Shown: piece by piece, positions 38,770 to 48,223 of the stretch
Position numbering within the stretch: position 1 is the stretch's first letter
How the letters are laid out: each line of letters begins with the position of its first letter
Origin: Gemmatimonadaceae bacterium
Lineage (GTDB): Bacteria; Gemmatimonadota; Gemmatimonadetes; Gemmatimonadales; Gemmatimonadaceae
Direction of reading: 5' to 3'
Assembly: GCA_040901985.1 (NCBI GenBank)
Contig: JBBDYC010000009.1
Span: forward strand, 1-60,353
DNA length: 60,353 nt
The notes under the pieces: model-generated
The model's database searches: none
Told to the model about the DNA's origin: nothing
The model's input: only the letters and a program-made list of their open reading frames with translations
Made by a program: the position numbers and the translations under genes

Positions 38770-39209
38770 GTCGGGGTCCCGAGCTCCTCGCGCGCGATGC
38801 GATTGATCACGCTGCCGTCGAGCCGACCCTTGAAGAGCGGCATCACCTTCCCCATCACGGCGCCGATCTGGCTGGCGCCGCCGGCGACCGCCGCGCGCAC
38901 GGCGGCGCGGACCTCATCGTCGGAGGGTGCCGCCGGGAGGTAGACCTGAAGGGCCTCTGCTTCCCGGCGCTCGACCGCCGCCAGTTCCTGGCGCCCGGCC
39001 TTCTCGTACAGTTCCACCGATTCCCGCCTCCGCTTGATCGCCTTGCGGATGACCTCGACCACGTCGTCGTCGGTCAGCGCGCGGCGGAGCTCGATCTCAC
39101 GGTTCTTGACCTCCGACAGCACGGTGCCGAGCAACAGCACTTGGTCCCTGGCCTGGGCCTTGCGAGCGACGTTCAGCTCGCCCAACAGCTGCGCGGCCAG
39201 CCCCGACAT
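38766..39209 (-). CDS. GatB/YqeY domain protein
   Basis: IKRRRESVELYEKAGR, YLP, GAVMGKV; follows rpsU. Confidence 0.9.
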   Translation of the reverse strand: MSGLAAQLLGELNVARKAQARDQVLLLGTVLSEVKNREIELRRALTDDDVVEVIRKAIKRRRESVELYEKAGRQELAAVERREAEALQVYLPAAPSDDEVRAAVRAAVAGGASQIGAVMGKVMPLFKGRLDGSVINRIAREELGTPT

Positions 39210-39397
39210 CAGTGCGTGCGGGTCCGGCGATTCTTGCGCTGCGCCGCGTTGAGCTTCCGCTTCCGCTTCTCGCTGGGCTTCTCGTAGTGCCGATGCTTGC
39301 GGAGATCCGACAGGATCCCGGCCTTCTCGCACTTCTTCTTGAAGCGCTTCAGCGCGCGCTCGAAGTTCTCATCTTCGTGGATGGTGACTTCCGACAA
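39209..39397 (-). CDS. rpsU: 30S ribosomal protein S21
   Basis: [21 protein letters not shown]. Confidence 0.97.
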   Translation of the reverse strand: MSEVTIHEDENFERALKRFKKKCEKAGILSDLRKHRHYEKPSEKRKRKLNAAQRKNRRTRTH

Positions 39398-39460
39398 ACT
39401 GGTCTTCCCCCCTTCGTGGCGTTTGTGCGCCGGCTGGGGACTGGGTGATGGGAGCCTTGC

Positions 39461-39489
39461 AAGTTATGGCATATCAAGCCCTTGGGCAA
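39461..39489 (-). promoter_or_regulatory. rpsU operon promoter
   Basis: TTGCCC-17-TAACTT. Confidence 0.5.
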
Positions 39490-39532
39490 CCCTCGACCCC
39501 GTCGCCAATTCACAGGGTGGGGCCGAACGCAA

Positions 39533-39566
39533 CGCGGTCCCGGGGAAGCATTCCCCCGGGACCGCG
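39533..39566 (-). terminator. Hairpin after peptidase gene
   Basis: CGCGGTCCCGGGG/CCCCGGGACCGCG 13-bp stem. Confidence 0.55.
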
Positions 39567-39584
39567 CTGGCCTGCCGATCTCCG

Positions 39585-41264
39585 TCAGTACGTGACCGTC
39601 ACGTCCGACGAGCAGGTGGTCGTGCCGGCGTTGCAGACCTTGTACGTCCGCGTGCCGCCGCCACGCCCGAGGTTGTCCGCGTAGGTGGTGCCGCTCACCG
39701 TCGCGATCTTCGCCCCGTCGCGGTAGACATCCGCCGATGACGTGGCACCGCTCCACGAGAGGTTCGCGGTGTTCACGCCCCGAACCTTGCTCATCGAGAC
39801 CGAGAGGGTGATTCCGCCGCCGCCTGACGTGCTGACGGTGACCGACTGTGAGCTGCTGCCCGTCGCCCCGTCGTCGTCCGTCACGGTCAGCGTCACCGTG
39901 TACGTGCCGCCCGCCGCGTACGTCTTGCTGATCGTCGCGCCGCTGCCGGTGGTGCCGTCGCCGAAGTTCCAGGCGTAGCCGGTGATCGAGCCGTCCGAAT
40001 CGCTCGAGCCGCTCCCGTTGAACGAGCAGGAGAGGTCGGTGCACGAGAAGGTGAACGACGAGGTCGGGGGGTTGTTGGTCCCGCCACCGCCGCCGCCGAA
40101 GTTGGCCGTGTAGAGCAACAGGTTGGGGGACCCCGACCCGGCACTCGTCACCTTGTTCGCCGTTGCGTTCGTCGTGATTGCGTTCGTCACCGTCGCCGGG
40201 CTCGCCGTCGGCGCGCCCTCGAGGTAGAGCGCCGCGGCGCCGGCCACGTGCGGCGACGCCATCGAGGTGCCGCTGATCGTGTTGGTTGCCGTGTTGCTGG
40301 TGTACCAGGCCGAGGTGATCGAGCTGCCCGGCGCAAAGAGATCGAGGCAGGTGCCGAAGTTCGAGTACGAGGCGCGCGCATCCGAGCTCGTCGTCGCGCC
40401 GACGGTGATCGCCGCGGCGGCCCGCGCCGGCGAGTAGTTGCACGCGTCGGCGTTGCTGTTCCCCGCCGCCACCACAAAGGTCACACCAGAGTTCACCGCG
40501 TTCGTCACGGCATTGTCGAGCGTCGAGCTCGGACTGCCGCCGAGCGACATATTGGCCGCGGCCGGCTTCACCGCGTTCGCCGCCACCCAGTCCACGCCGG
40601 CGATCACGCCGCTCGTCGTGCCCGAGCCCTGGCAGTTGAGCACGCGCACCGGGACGAGCGAGGTGCTCTTCGCCACGCCCCACGTGGTGCCGCCTACGGT
40701 GCCGGCGACGTGCGTGCCGTGGCCGTTGCAGTCGTCGGTCCCTCGTCCATCGTTGATTGACGTGAAGCCCGCCAGCACCCGGCCGCCGAAGTCATCGTGG
40801 CTGGCCCGGATCCCGGTGTCCACGATGTACGAGCGGACGCCGGAGCCGGTGGCGTTATAGACGTAGGTCCCGTTCAACGGCAGGTCGCGCTGGTCCACCC
40901 GGTCGAGGCCCCAGGTCGCGTTCGACTGCGTCGCGTCAATGCTCATCACGCCGTCGGCCTCGATGCTCGCCACCTGCGGATGGCGCGCGAGCCCGCTGAG
41001 CGCGTCCGCCGGCAAGTGCGCCGAGAACCCGCGGATGGCGTGCTCATACGTGAAGCCCAGTTCGCCGCCGTTCGCGGCGGTCAGTTGGCGCGCCAGGCCG
41101 GGCACGTCAGTGACGCCATCGCGGAACGTGATGATGTAGCTGGCGCGGCCTTGGGCGTCCGCGGTTGCCGACGCGACCGAGGCCACTTCCGTGGGCGACG
41201 GTGCCTCAGCGCAGGCGCTGACGACTAACGCGGCAGCGACTGCGGCTGACAGGAACTTGCGCAT
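39585..41264 (-). CDS. S8 subtilase (proteinase K/aqualysin type) with I9 propeptide and PKD domain
   Basis: IVDTGI, NGHGTHVAG, SGTSMASPHVAG, WNFGDG; lipoprotein-like signal ending VSAC. Confidence 0.93.
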   Translation of the reverse strand: MRKFLSAAVAAALVVSACAEAPSPTEVASVASATADAQGRASYIITFRDGVTDVPGLARQLTAANGGELGFTYEHAIRGFSAHLPADALSGLARHPQVASIEADGVMSIDATQSNATWGLDRVDQRDLPLNGTYVYNATGSGVRSYIVDTGIRASHDDFGGRVLAGFTSINDGRGTDDCNGHGTHVAGTVGGTTWGVAKSTSLVPVRVLNCQGSGTTSGVIAGVDWVAANAVKPAAANMSLGGSPSSTLDNAVTNAVNSGVTFVVAAGNSNADACNYSPARAAAAITVGATTSSDARASYSNFGTCLDLFAPGSSITSAWYTSNTATNTISGTSMASPHVAGAAALYLEGAPTASPATVTNAITTNATANKVTSAGSGSPNLLLYTANFGGGGGGTNNPPTSSFTFSCTDLSCSFNGSGSSDSDGSITGYAWNFGDGTTGSGATISKTYAAGGTYTVTLTVTDDDGATGSSSQSVTVSTSGGGGITLSVSMSKVRGVNTANLSWSGATSSADVYRDGAKIATVSGTTYADNLGRGGGTRTYKVCNAGTTTCSSDVTVTY

Positions 41265-41404
41265 TCGGGGGATCCTCCAGTGAGGCGAATGGGGGGCTGG
41301 GGAACTCGCGAGCGGCCACAGGGGCCAATCGTGGCGCAACGGTAGGGCGTTGCCGCTCGGACTGTCAATAGCAGGCGCGCAACGGTGACGTGGATCACCG
41401 GCGC

Positions 41405-42550
41405 TCAGACCGTGGCAATCCCCAACGCGCCCAGTTCCGCTCGCACCCCCGCCTGAAATGCCGCCACCGAGAACCGCTCGGCGCGCGCCCGGCACGCTGA
41501 CGCCGCAATCCGCCCATCACCAATCGCTGCCTCGAGTGCGCGGACGCCTTCCGCGATTGCGCGCACCGTCTGCTCCTCGAAGAAGACTCCCGTCGGGGCG
41601 CCCGCACTTTCGTCACCCGGCGCGAGGCCAACGACCGTCTCCCGCACCCCGCCCCGCCCGTATGCCACCACGGGCGTTCCGCACGCCATCGCCTCGACTG
41701 GGACGATCCCAAAGTCCTCCTCGGCGGCAAAGACGAAGCCCTGCGCGCGCCGCAGCCACCCGCGCAGCGCCTCGCGCGGCTGGTGTCCGAGGACGGTGAC
41801 GTTCGCGCCCGCCGCGGCGCGGACCTTTGGCATCTCCGGTCCGTCCCCGATCACGACCAGCCGCCGGTCCGGCAACTCGGCAAAGGCCGCGACGACCAAC
41901 GGCAGCCGCTTGTACGGCACCATCCGGGACGCGGTGACGTACAGCCCCGCCTCGCGCGCACCCGCCGGCGTGAAGTACGCGGTGTCCACCGGCGGATACA
42001 ACACGCCGCTCGACCGACCGTAGGCGCGCGCAATCCGATCGGCGATGAACCGCGAGATCGCCGCATAGCGCGTCGGGCGGCCGGCGGTCGCCAGGTCCCA
42101 GCGTCGCAGCCGCTCGAGCAGCCAGCGCGCCGCCGCCCCCCGCACCCCGCGCGAGAGCCCCGACTCGTCGAGGTACTGCTCGCGCAGGTCCCAGGCGTAC
42201 CGCATCGGCGAACAGCAGATGCAGAGGTGCACCTGCCCCGGCGCCGTCCGCACGCCCTTGGCCACCGCGTGGCTCACCGAGATCACCAGGTCGTAGCCGG
42301 TGAGGTCGAACGACTCGATGGCCCGTGGCATCAGCGGGAGGAACAACCGGTGCGCGCGCGTCGCGCCGGGAAGGCGCTGGAGAAACGAGGTGGTGACCGG
42401 CCGCTCGCCGATCAGCGCGCGCAGCGAGGGTACCGGGTCCGCGACCAGCGTGAAGAGGTCGGCCTCCGGGAAGAGGGCTCCGAGCTGCGCGGTGATCTCC
42501 TCCGAGCCGCCGTGCGTGATCAGCCACTCGTGGACGAGGGCGACCCTCAC
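41405..42550 (-). CDS. GT4 glycosyltransferase
   Basis: VALVHEWL..GGSE, SRMVPYKR, EEDFGIVPVEAMACG. Confidence 0.92.
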   Translation of the reverse strand: MRVALVHEWLITHGGSEEITAQLGALFPEADLFTLVADPVPSLRALIGERPVTTSFLQRLPGATRAHRLFLPLMPRAIESFDLTGYDLVISVSHAVAKGVRTAPGQVHLCICCSPMRYAWDLREQYLDESGLSRGVRGAAARWLLERLRRWDLATAGRPTRYAAISRFIADRIARAYGRSSGVLYPPVDTAYFTPAGAREAGLYVTASRMVPYKRLPLVVAAFAELPDRRLVVIGDGPEMPKVRAAAGANVTVLGHQPREALRGWLRRAQGFVFAAEEDFGIVPVEAMACGTPVVAYGRGGVRETVVGLAPGDESAGAPTGVFFEEQTVRAIAEGVRALEAAIGDGRIAASACRARAERFSVAAFQAGVRAELGALGIATV

Positions 42551-42891
42551 CCCGGCGGCCACTTCATCTTGCGGCCGCCCAGCAGGTGCAGATGGATATG
42601 GTCCACGGTCTGGCCGCCGTGCTTGCCGGTATTGATCACCACCCGATACCCCTTTTCGGCGAGCTCAAGCTCCTTGGCGACCTGCTTCGCCAGCATCGTC
42701 ATCGCGCCGACCACGCTGCCGTCGGGCAGCTCGTTCATTGACGTGAAGTGGCGCTTGGGGATGATCAGCACGTGCACCGGCGCCTGGGGCGCAACGTCTC
42801 GGAAGGCCAACGCGTGCTCGCTCTCGGCGACCTTGTCGGCCGGGACGGTTCCCTTCACGATCTGGCAGAACACGCATTCGTCCGTCGTCAT
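42547..42891 (-). CDS. Histidine triad nucleotide-binding protein
   Basis: CVFCQIV, PQAPVHVLIIPK, GGQTVDHIHLHLLGGR. Confidence 0.94.
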   Translation of the reverse strand: MTTDECVFCQIVKGTVPADKVAESEHALAFRDVAPQAPVHVLIIPKRHFTSMNELPDGSVVGAMTMLAKQVAKELELAEKGYRVVINTGKHGGQTVDHIHLHLLGGRKMKWPPG

Positions 42892-42914
42892 TGGCGCGGC
42901 CTCGTGGTGGAGCG

Positions 42915-43661
42915 TCAGCGGTTGGCGTCGAGCGCGGCGCGGGCGGCGGCAATCCCCGCCACCGCCGCCGTCTCGAACCGGAGGACGCTCGCTCCAAGCG
43001 ACGCCGGACGGAAGCCCCCCGCCTTGAGCGCCGCCAGTTCGCCCTCCTCGAATCCCCCTTCCGGCCCCACCGCCAGGGTGACCGTCCGGGCCCCGCCGGT
43101 CGCCCCGCCCGCACGCGCCCCGGCGAGCACGTCGAGGATCGGCGGCGCCCCGGCCGCCAGCACCAGCGCGCGGCCCTCGGCCACCGACGCGACCGCCGTC
43201 TCCAGCGTGGCGTCGGGGAACATCACGGGGAGCCAGGCGCCGCCGGACTGCGCCAGCGCGCCCACCATCCGCGCGCGCGCCTTTTGCTGGAACACCGTCC
43301 CCTCGCCGCGTGGCGTGACGTGCCGCGACCGCCGCCAGACCACCGGGCGCCAGCTCGACACCCCCAACTCGGTCGCCTTCTCCGCCAGCCAGAGCATCCG
43401 GTCGCGGTCGGCCACCGGCAACAGCAGGTGGATCGCCGTCGCCGGCTCGACGCGGTCGGCGCTCTCCACGCTCACCGTCGCGTGCCGCTTGGCGAGCTGC
43501 GTGACCACGCCCTCGCCGATCGTCCCCGCGCCGTCCAGCAACCGGACGCGCGCCCCGTGCTCGAGGCGCCGCACCCGCATATGGTGCGCCGCCTCCTCGC
43601 CCAGCGTGACCGTGGACGGCGCGCCGAACGGCTCGTCGGTCACGAAGGTCGGCAGACTCAT
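42915..43661 (-). CDS. rsmE: 16S rRNA m3U1498 methyltransferase
   Basis: HHMRVRRL, EKATELG, VGPEGGF, LRFETAA. Confidence 0.93.
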   Translation of the reverse strand: MSLPTFVTDEPFGAPSTVTLGEEAAHHMRVRRLEHGARVRLLDGAGTIGEGVVTQLAKRHATVSVESADRVEPATAIHLLLPVADRDRMLWLAEKATELGVSSWRPVVWRRSRHVTPRGEGTVFQQKARARMVGALAQSGGAWLPVMFPDATLETAVASVAEGRALVLAAGAPPILDVLAGARAGGATGGARTVTLAVGPEGGFEEGELAALKAGGFRPASLGASVLRFETAAVAGIAAARAALDANR

Positions 43662-44500
43662 CGCGCCACCGACGTCGCGCCAAGGCGCACGCGCACGCTC
43701 CACCACGCCTCCTCGGTGTCCTCCGCCTCGACCGTCCACCCGCCGTCGGCGAGCGCGGCGAGCATCCGCGGGCGTTCCTCGACGAGGATCCCGCTGAGGA
43801 TTGCCACGCCGTCCTCGGTGAGCGTCATCGCCATCACCGGCAGGAGCTCGACGAGCACCGACGAGATGATGTTCGCGAGGATGACCCGCACCGGCGCGAC
43901 GATCGGCAGGAACGCCGCCGCGTCGCCCTCCAGCACCGCCACCCGGTCGGCGACCGCGTTCCGCGCCACATTCTCCTCGGCGTTGCCAATGGCGTCGCGG
44001 TCGAGCTCGATCGCAAAGCAGCGAGCAGCGCCCAGCTTCGCCGCGGCGATGGCCAGCACCGCGCTCCCCGCGCCGAGGTCGGCGACCGCATCGCCGGCGC
44101 GGATGACGCCTTGCATCAACCGCACGACCCCACGCGTCGTCGGATGCTCCCCGGTGCCGAACGCCATCGCCGGCTCGATGACAATCGTCGTCGCCGCGTC
44201 GCGGCCCGCCGCGAGCCACGGCGGCGCGACCGTGAGCGCGCCGAGCGCGTGCGACGTGATCCCCTCGCGCCACTTGAGGGTCCAGTCCACATCGACCAGC
44301 GGACTCACGGTCGCGACGAGCGCATCGTCGCAGGTACGGAGCGCCGCGATGAATGCACCGGCGTCAACAGTGACGGGAAGATGCGTCACGAGGCGCTCCC
44401 CATCCTCGTGCACGCCCTCCACCCCCGCCGCGAACATCGCGGTGGACAGCGCGGTGCGACGGTCGGCCGATCCAGGGGTGATCTCGATGCGAAGCCACAT
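43658..44500 (-). CDS. prmA: Ribosomal protein L11 methyltransferase
   Basis: IEPAMAFGTGEHPTT, DLGAGSAVLAI, ANI, LSGIL. Confidence 0.94.
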   Translation of the reverse strand: MWLRIEITPGSADRRTALSTAMFAAGVEGVHEDGERLVTHLPVTVDAGAFIAALRTCDDALVATVSPLVDVDWTLKWREGITSHALGALTVAPPWLAAGRDAATTIVIEPAMAFGTGEHPTTRGVVRLMQGVIRAGDAVADLGAGSAVLAIAAAKLGAARCFAIELDRDAIGNAEENVARNAVADRVAVLEGDAAAFLPIVAPVRVILANIISSVLVELLPVMAMTLTEDGVAILSGILVEERPRMLAALADGGWTVEAEDTEEAWWSVRVRLGATSVAR

Positions 44501-44542
44501 ACCGCTGCGTGAGGGGAGGTTGGCGCGATGACCTGCCTTGCT

Positions 44543-45673
44543 TCACCCAAGTGCTTCCTTCATCTTCGCCCAAAACCCCTTCTCCCGCTTTTCCGGCGGC
44601 TGGACCTGGACCTCGCGCAACTGTTCGAGCAGCGCCTCCTCGTCCTTGCCCAGCTTCTGCGGCGTCCAGACCTGGACGCGCACGTGGAGGTCCCCGATGC
44701 CGCTGGCGTTCACGCGCGGCAGGCCGCGGCCGCGGAGGATGAAGACCTGCCCGCTCTGCGTGCCGGCCGGGATCCGCAGCGAGAGCGGCCCCGCCACGCC
44801 GGGCGCCTCGATGTCGGCGCCGAGCGCCGCCTGCGGGTAGGTGACGAGCACCTCGCAGTAGAGGTCCTCGCCGTCGCGGTCGAACCGCTCGTCCTCCAGC
44901 ACCTCCAAGACGACGATCACGTCGCCGCGCGGGCCGCCGCGCACGCCCGCGTTCCCGACGCCCCGCAGATGCATGTACTGCCCGCTCGAGACGCCCGCCG
45001 GCACCTTCAGGTCAATCGAATGTTCGCCGCGCTGACGGCCCTCGCCGCGGCAGTTCCGGCACGGCGACGGAATCATCACGCCCTCGCCGCGGCAGGTCGG
45101 GCACGGCACCACGCTCACGAACTGCCCGAAGAAGCTCTGCTGCGCTCGGCGCACCTCGCCCTGGCCGGCGCAGGTCGCGCACCGCTGCGGCTGCGTGCCC
45201 GGCTCGGCGCCGCTCCCGGCGCAACGCTCGCACGGGTCGAGGAGCTTCAGCTTGGCGGTCTTCGTCACGCCCGTCGCCACCTCGAGCATCGAGAGCGCGA
45301 GGTCAATCTTCACGTCGGCGCCGGAGCGCGGGCCGCTCGATTGCCTCGCCCCGCCACCGCCGCCGAACAGGTCGCCCAGCCCGAAGTCGCGCATGAAGAT
45401 GTTCAGCGCCTCGGAGAGGTCCACGTGGTGGTACGCCCCCCCGCCGCCCCCGCGCAGCCCCGCCTCGCCATACCGGTCGTACGCCGCACGCTTCTGCGTG
45501 TCGCGCAGCGCGTCGTACGCCTCGGTGATCTGCTTGAACTTCTCCTCGGCCGCCTTCGACCCCCCGTTGCGGTCGGGGTGGTACTGCATCGCCAGCTTGC
45601 GGTACGCCTGCTTGATCGCCTCGTCGGACGAATCGCGCGGCACCCCGAGGGCGGAATAGTAGTCGGCAGCCAT
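44543..45673 (-). CDS. dnaJ: Chaperone DnaJ
   Basis: HPD J-domain, four CxxCxGxG repeats. Confidence 0.98.
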   Translation of the reverse strand: MAADYYSALGVPRDSSDEAIKQAYRKLAMQYHPDRNGGSKAAEEKFKQITEAYDALRDTQKRAAYDRYGEAGLRGGGGGAYHHVDLSEALNIFMRDFGLGDLFGGGGGARQSSGPRSGADVKIDLALSMLEVATGVTKTAKLKLLDPCERCAGSGAEPGTQPQRCATCAGQGEVRRAQQSFFGQFVSVVPCPTCRGEGVMIPSPCRNCRGEGRQRGEHSIDLKVPAGVSSGQYMHLRGVGNAGVRGGPRGDVIVVLEVLEDERFDRDGEDLYCEVLVTYPQAALGADIEAPGVAGPLSLRIPAGTQSGQVFILRGRGLPRVNASGIGDLHVRVQVWTPQKLGKDEEALLEQLREVQVQPPEKREKGFWAKMKEALG

Positions 45674-45727
45674 TGCGCTTAAGGATAATCGCGTCGGACG
45701 GCGCAGCGGAGGGCCGGCTGCGCAGCG

Positions 45728-46771
45728 TCAGGCCAACAGGTCGCTCACCAGCGACGACGTGTGCGTGACCAGCGAGATCACCTTCTCGTAGGGCATCCGC
45801 GTCGGGCCAATCACGCCGATCACGCCGGTCAGCGACCCAGCCCGGTACTCAGCGGTGACGATCGTCAACCCACCGAGGAGCGCCGAGCCGTGCTCGTCGC
45901 CGATCGTGATCGAGACGCCGGGCGTCGTCGCTCGGCCGCGCAGCAGGGTCGCCAACTGCGTCCGCGTCTCGGTCAGCGCGAGCAGCTTCTTCATATTCTC
46001 GCCGCTCGCGAACTCCGGCTTCTCGGCCAGCACCGACGCCTGCCCGAGGACCACGGTCTCCTCGTCGGCGTTCACGCCGACGTCAAAGAGCTGTTCCCCT
46101 TCCTGCACAAAGATGTTCAGCAGTTCGGTCGCCCCGCCCACCGCGCGCGCGTCGCGCAGCCGCGCGCCAAGCGTCGAGCGGATGTCGGCCAGCGAGAGGC
46201 CGCCGAGTCTCTCGTTCAGCACGAACTGCACTTCGGTGATCGCCTCGTCGGCGATCTCGCCGGCGATCTCTATGAAGATTGTCCGCACCGCCCCGCCGCC
46301 CAGCGTCAGCACGAGAATCAGCCGCTCGGCGCTGAGCCGCACGAGCTCCAGCCGCTGGAGGATCGTCTGGTCGAGCCGCGGACCGAGCGCCACGCCGAGT
46401 TCCTGCGAGAGCACGCCGAGCGACTGCGCCGCGCGACGGAGGATCGTCTCGATTGCCGACCCGCGCTCCCCAATCTGCTCGGCCAGCCGCTCGCGCTCGA
46501 TGGACGGGAGCGGCTCGACCCGCATCAGCGCGTCCACGTAGACCCGGTACGCCTTGTCCGTCGGGATCCGCCCGGCCGACGTGTGCGGATGGTAGAGGAA
46601 ACCCTTTTCCTCGAGGTCCGCCATCGTGTTGCGGATCGTGGCCGGCGAGACCCCCATCCTGAACCGCCGCGAGATGGTCCGGGACCCCGCGGCCTCGGCG
46701 GTCTCCACGTACGACCGGATGACCGCCTCAAGGACCTGCCGTTCGCGTTCGTTGAGCTCGTTCGGGGCCAT
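45728..46771 (-). CDS. hrcA: Heat-inducible repressor HrcA
   Basis: SPATIRNTMADLE, PHTSAGRIPT, IGPTRMPY. Confidence 0.97.
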   Translation of the reverse strand: MAPNELNERERQVLEAVIRSYVETAEAAGSRTISRRFRMGVSPATIRNTMADLEEKGFLYHPHTSAGRIPTDKAYRVYVDALMRVEPLPSIERERLAEQIGERGSAIETILRRAAQSLGVLSQELGVALGPRLDQTILQRLELVRLSAERLILVLTLGGGAVRTIFIEIAGEIADEAITEVQFVLNERLGGLSLADIRSTLGARLRDARAVGGATELLNIFVQEGEQLFDVGVNADEETVVLGQASVLAEKPEFASGENMKKLLALTETRTQLATLLRGRATTPGVSITIGDEHGSALLGGLTIVTAEYRAGSLTGVIGVIGPTRMPYEKVISLVTHTSSLVSDLLA

Positions 46772-46781
46772 AAGTCTCTGA

Positions 46782-48002
46782 TTATGAACGACTTCGGAGC
46801 GAAGTCAAGGCGGCAGCGATGGAGTCCAGACGGAGCCAGCCACTGGGCGTCAGCACCAGTCGCGATGCGTCGGCCCTGCCTTCACTACCCGCCGGCCGCA
46901 GCTCTGCCCAGCCTGCGTCCACCCAAGGACGCACGGTCGCGAGCTCGCCACGCCCCACTTCGAGGCCATCGGTGGTCCGGAGCCCGAGGTAGACCGACTC
47001 GGCCACCCGCTCGCTCGGACCAATCACCTCCCGGCCTTCCATTGGATCTGCCCCGCCCTGCACGGCCTCCAGCCAACTCGCGTACGCCGGACGATTCCAC
47101 CGGCGCTCGATCCCATCGAAGCCGTGCGCCGACGGGCCAAGCCCCAGGTACGGAATGCCCTTCCAATAGGAGGAGTTGTGCCGGGCCCGCTTCCCGGGCC
47201 TCGCATAGTTCGACACCTCGTAATGCTCGAACCCGGCCGCGGCGAGCCGGGCGTCAGCGCGCAGGAACTCCCCCTCATACCACTCCTCTGGTGCCTCGGT
47301 CACCTCGCCCCGCGCGGTCCATTTCCCGAGCGGCGTCTGCGGCTCGACGGTGAGGCCGTACAGGGAGAGGTGGTCGGGCTCCAGGGCGATTGCGCGCTCC
47401 AAGTCGGCGTCCCAATCCCGGGCGAGCGCCTCAGGCACGGCAAAGATCAGGTCGAGCGAGAGCTCCTGGATCCCCGCCGCCCGGAGGGTCCGGAACGCCA
47501 ACTCGGCCTGGTCAGGTCCGTGCTCCCGGTGCATCCAGGTCAGCACCTTGGGGTCAAACGACTGCACCCCGACCGACGCCCGGTTCACCCCAGCGCCGGC
47601 CCAGGCCGCCGCCGCCTCGGCCGTCACGTCCTCCGGATTGACCTCGATCGTGACCTCAAGACGGTCGGGAGATGTGGATAACTCGTCGACACCCAGCCGA
47701 TGTGCAATTCCCCGGATTAGGGCCGTCAGACCATCGGCGCCAAGCTTCGACGGGGTCCCGCCACCCAAGTAGAGCGTTCTGAGCGCGCCCCCAATCGGCT
47801 GAACCCGCCGGATCTCAATCTCGGCAAGAACGGCGTCCACAAACTCCCGGACCGGGACGTCCCTCCGGACGGCGATTGCGAAGTCGCAATAGGAACAGCG
47901 CCGGCCGCAGAACGGGACGTGGACGTAGACCCCCCCGAAGCTGGCCCCGTCAGCGACCCGCCGGCCGACCCCTCGGGCAGGGGAGCGCAGGCGCTCGGTC
48001 AC
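46782..48002 (-). CDS. hemW: Radical SAM heme chaperone HemW
   Basis: YVHVPFCGRRCSYCDF, GGGTPS, YEVSNY, HNSSYW; start uncertain. Confidence 0.92.
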   Translation of the reverse strand: MTERLRSPARGVGRRVADGASFGGVYVHVPFCGRRCSYCDFAIAVRRDVPVREFVDAVLAEIEIRRVQPIGGALRTLYLGGGTPSKLGADGLTALIRGIAHRLGVDELSTSPDRLEVTIEVNPEDVTAEAAAAWAGAGVNRASVGVQSFDPKVLTWMHREHGPDQAELAFRTLRAAGIQELSLDLIFAVPEALARDWDADLERAIALEPDHLSLYGLTVEPQTPLGKWTARGEVTEAPEEWYEGEFLRADARLAAAGFEHYEVSNYARPGKRARHNSSYWKGIPYLGLGPSAHGFDGIERRWNRPAYASWLEAVQGGADPMEGREVIGPSERVAESVYLGLRTTDGLEVGRGELATVRPWVDAGWAELRPAGSEGRADASRLVLTPSGWLRLDSIAAALTSLRSRS

Positions 48003-48039
48003 CGACTTTGGCCTAGCGCGGAGCCCCGGCCGGAAAACA

Positions 48040-48200
48040 GGCCTCGTCCACGAGCTGATAATGACTTAAAGTAGTTTCTCAACATATTGTGAGACATAAT
48101 GTTATAATTATTCTGCTAGAAACTACATAAGCTGTTTTGACGATGTCCACACAACCGCCGAAAACGCCAATTCTGGAGCTTTCTGCCTAGCGATTCAGGG
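48040..48200. other. AT-rich intergenic region with nearby DnaA boxes, oriC candidate
   Basis: Most AT-rich tract seen in the window; TGTGGATAA 47673, TTCTCAACA 48076, ATGTCCACA 48143, TGTGGACAA 48449. Confidence 0.5.
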
Positions 48201-48223
48201 CTCGCCACGAGCCGTCTAAGCCC

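Noticed and set aside
39472..39484. IHF-consensus TATCAAGCCCTTG in rpsU promoter spacer
   Set aside because: Degenerate motif with no supporting context
48089..48119. dif-like sequence GTGAGACATAA-TGTTATAA-TTATTCTGCTA
   Set aside because: 8-bp rather than 6-bp spacer and poor XerD arm; nearby DnaA boxes favour oriC, though GC skew is needed to exclude it
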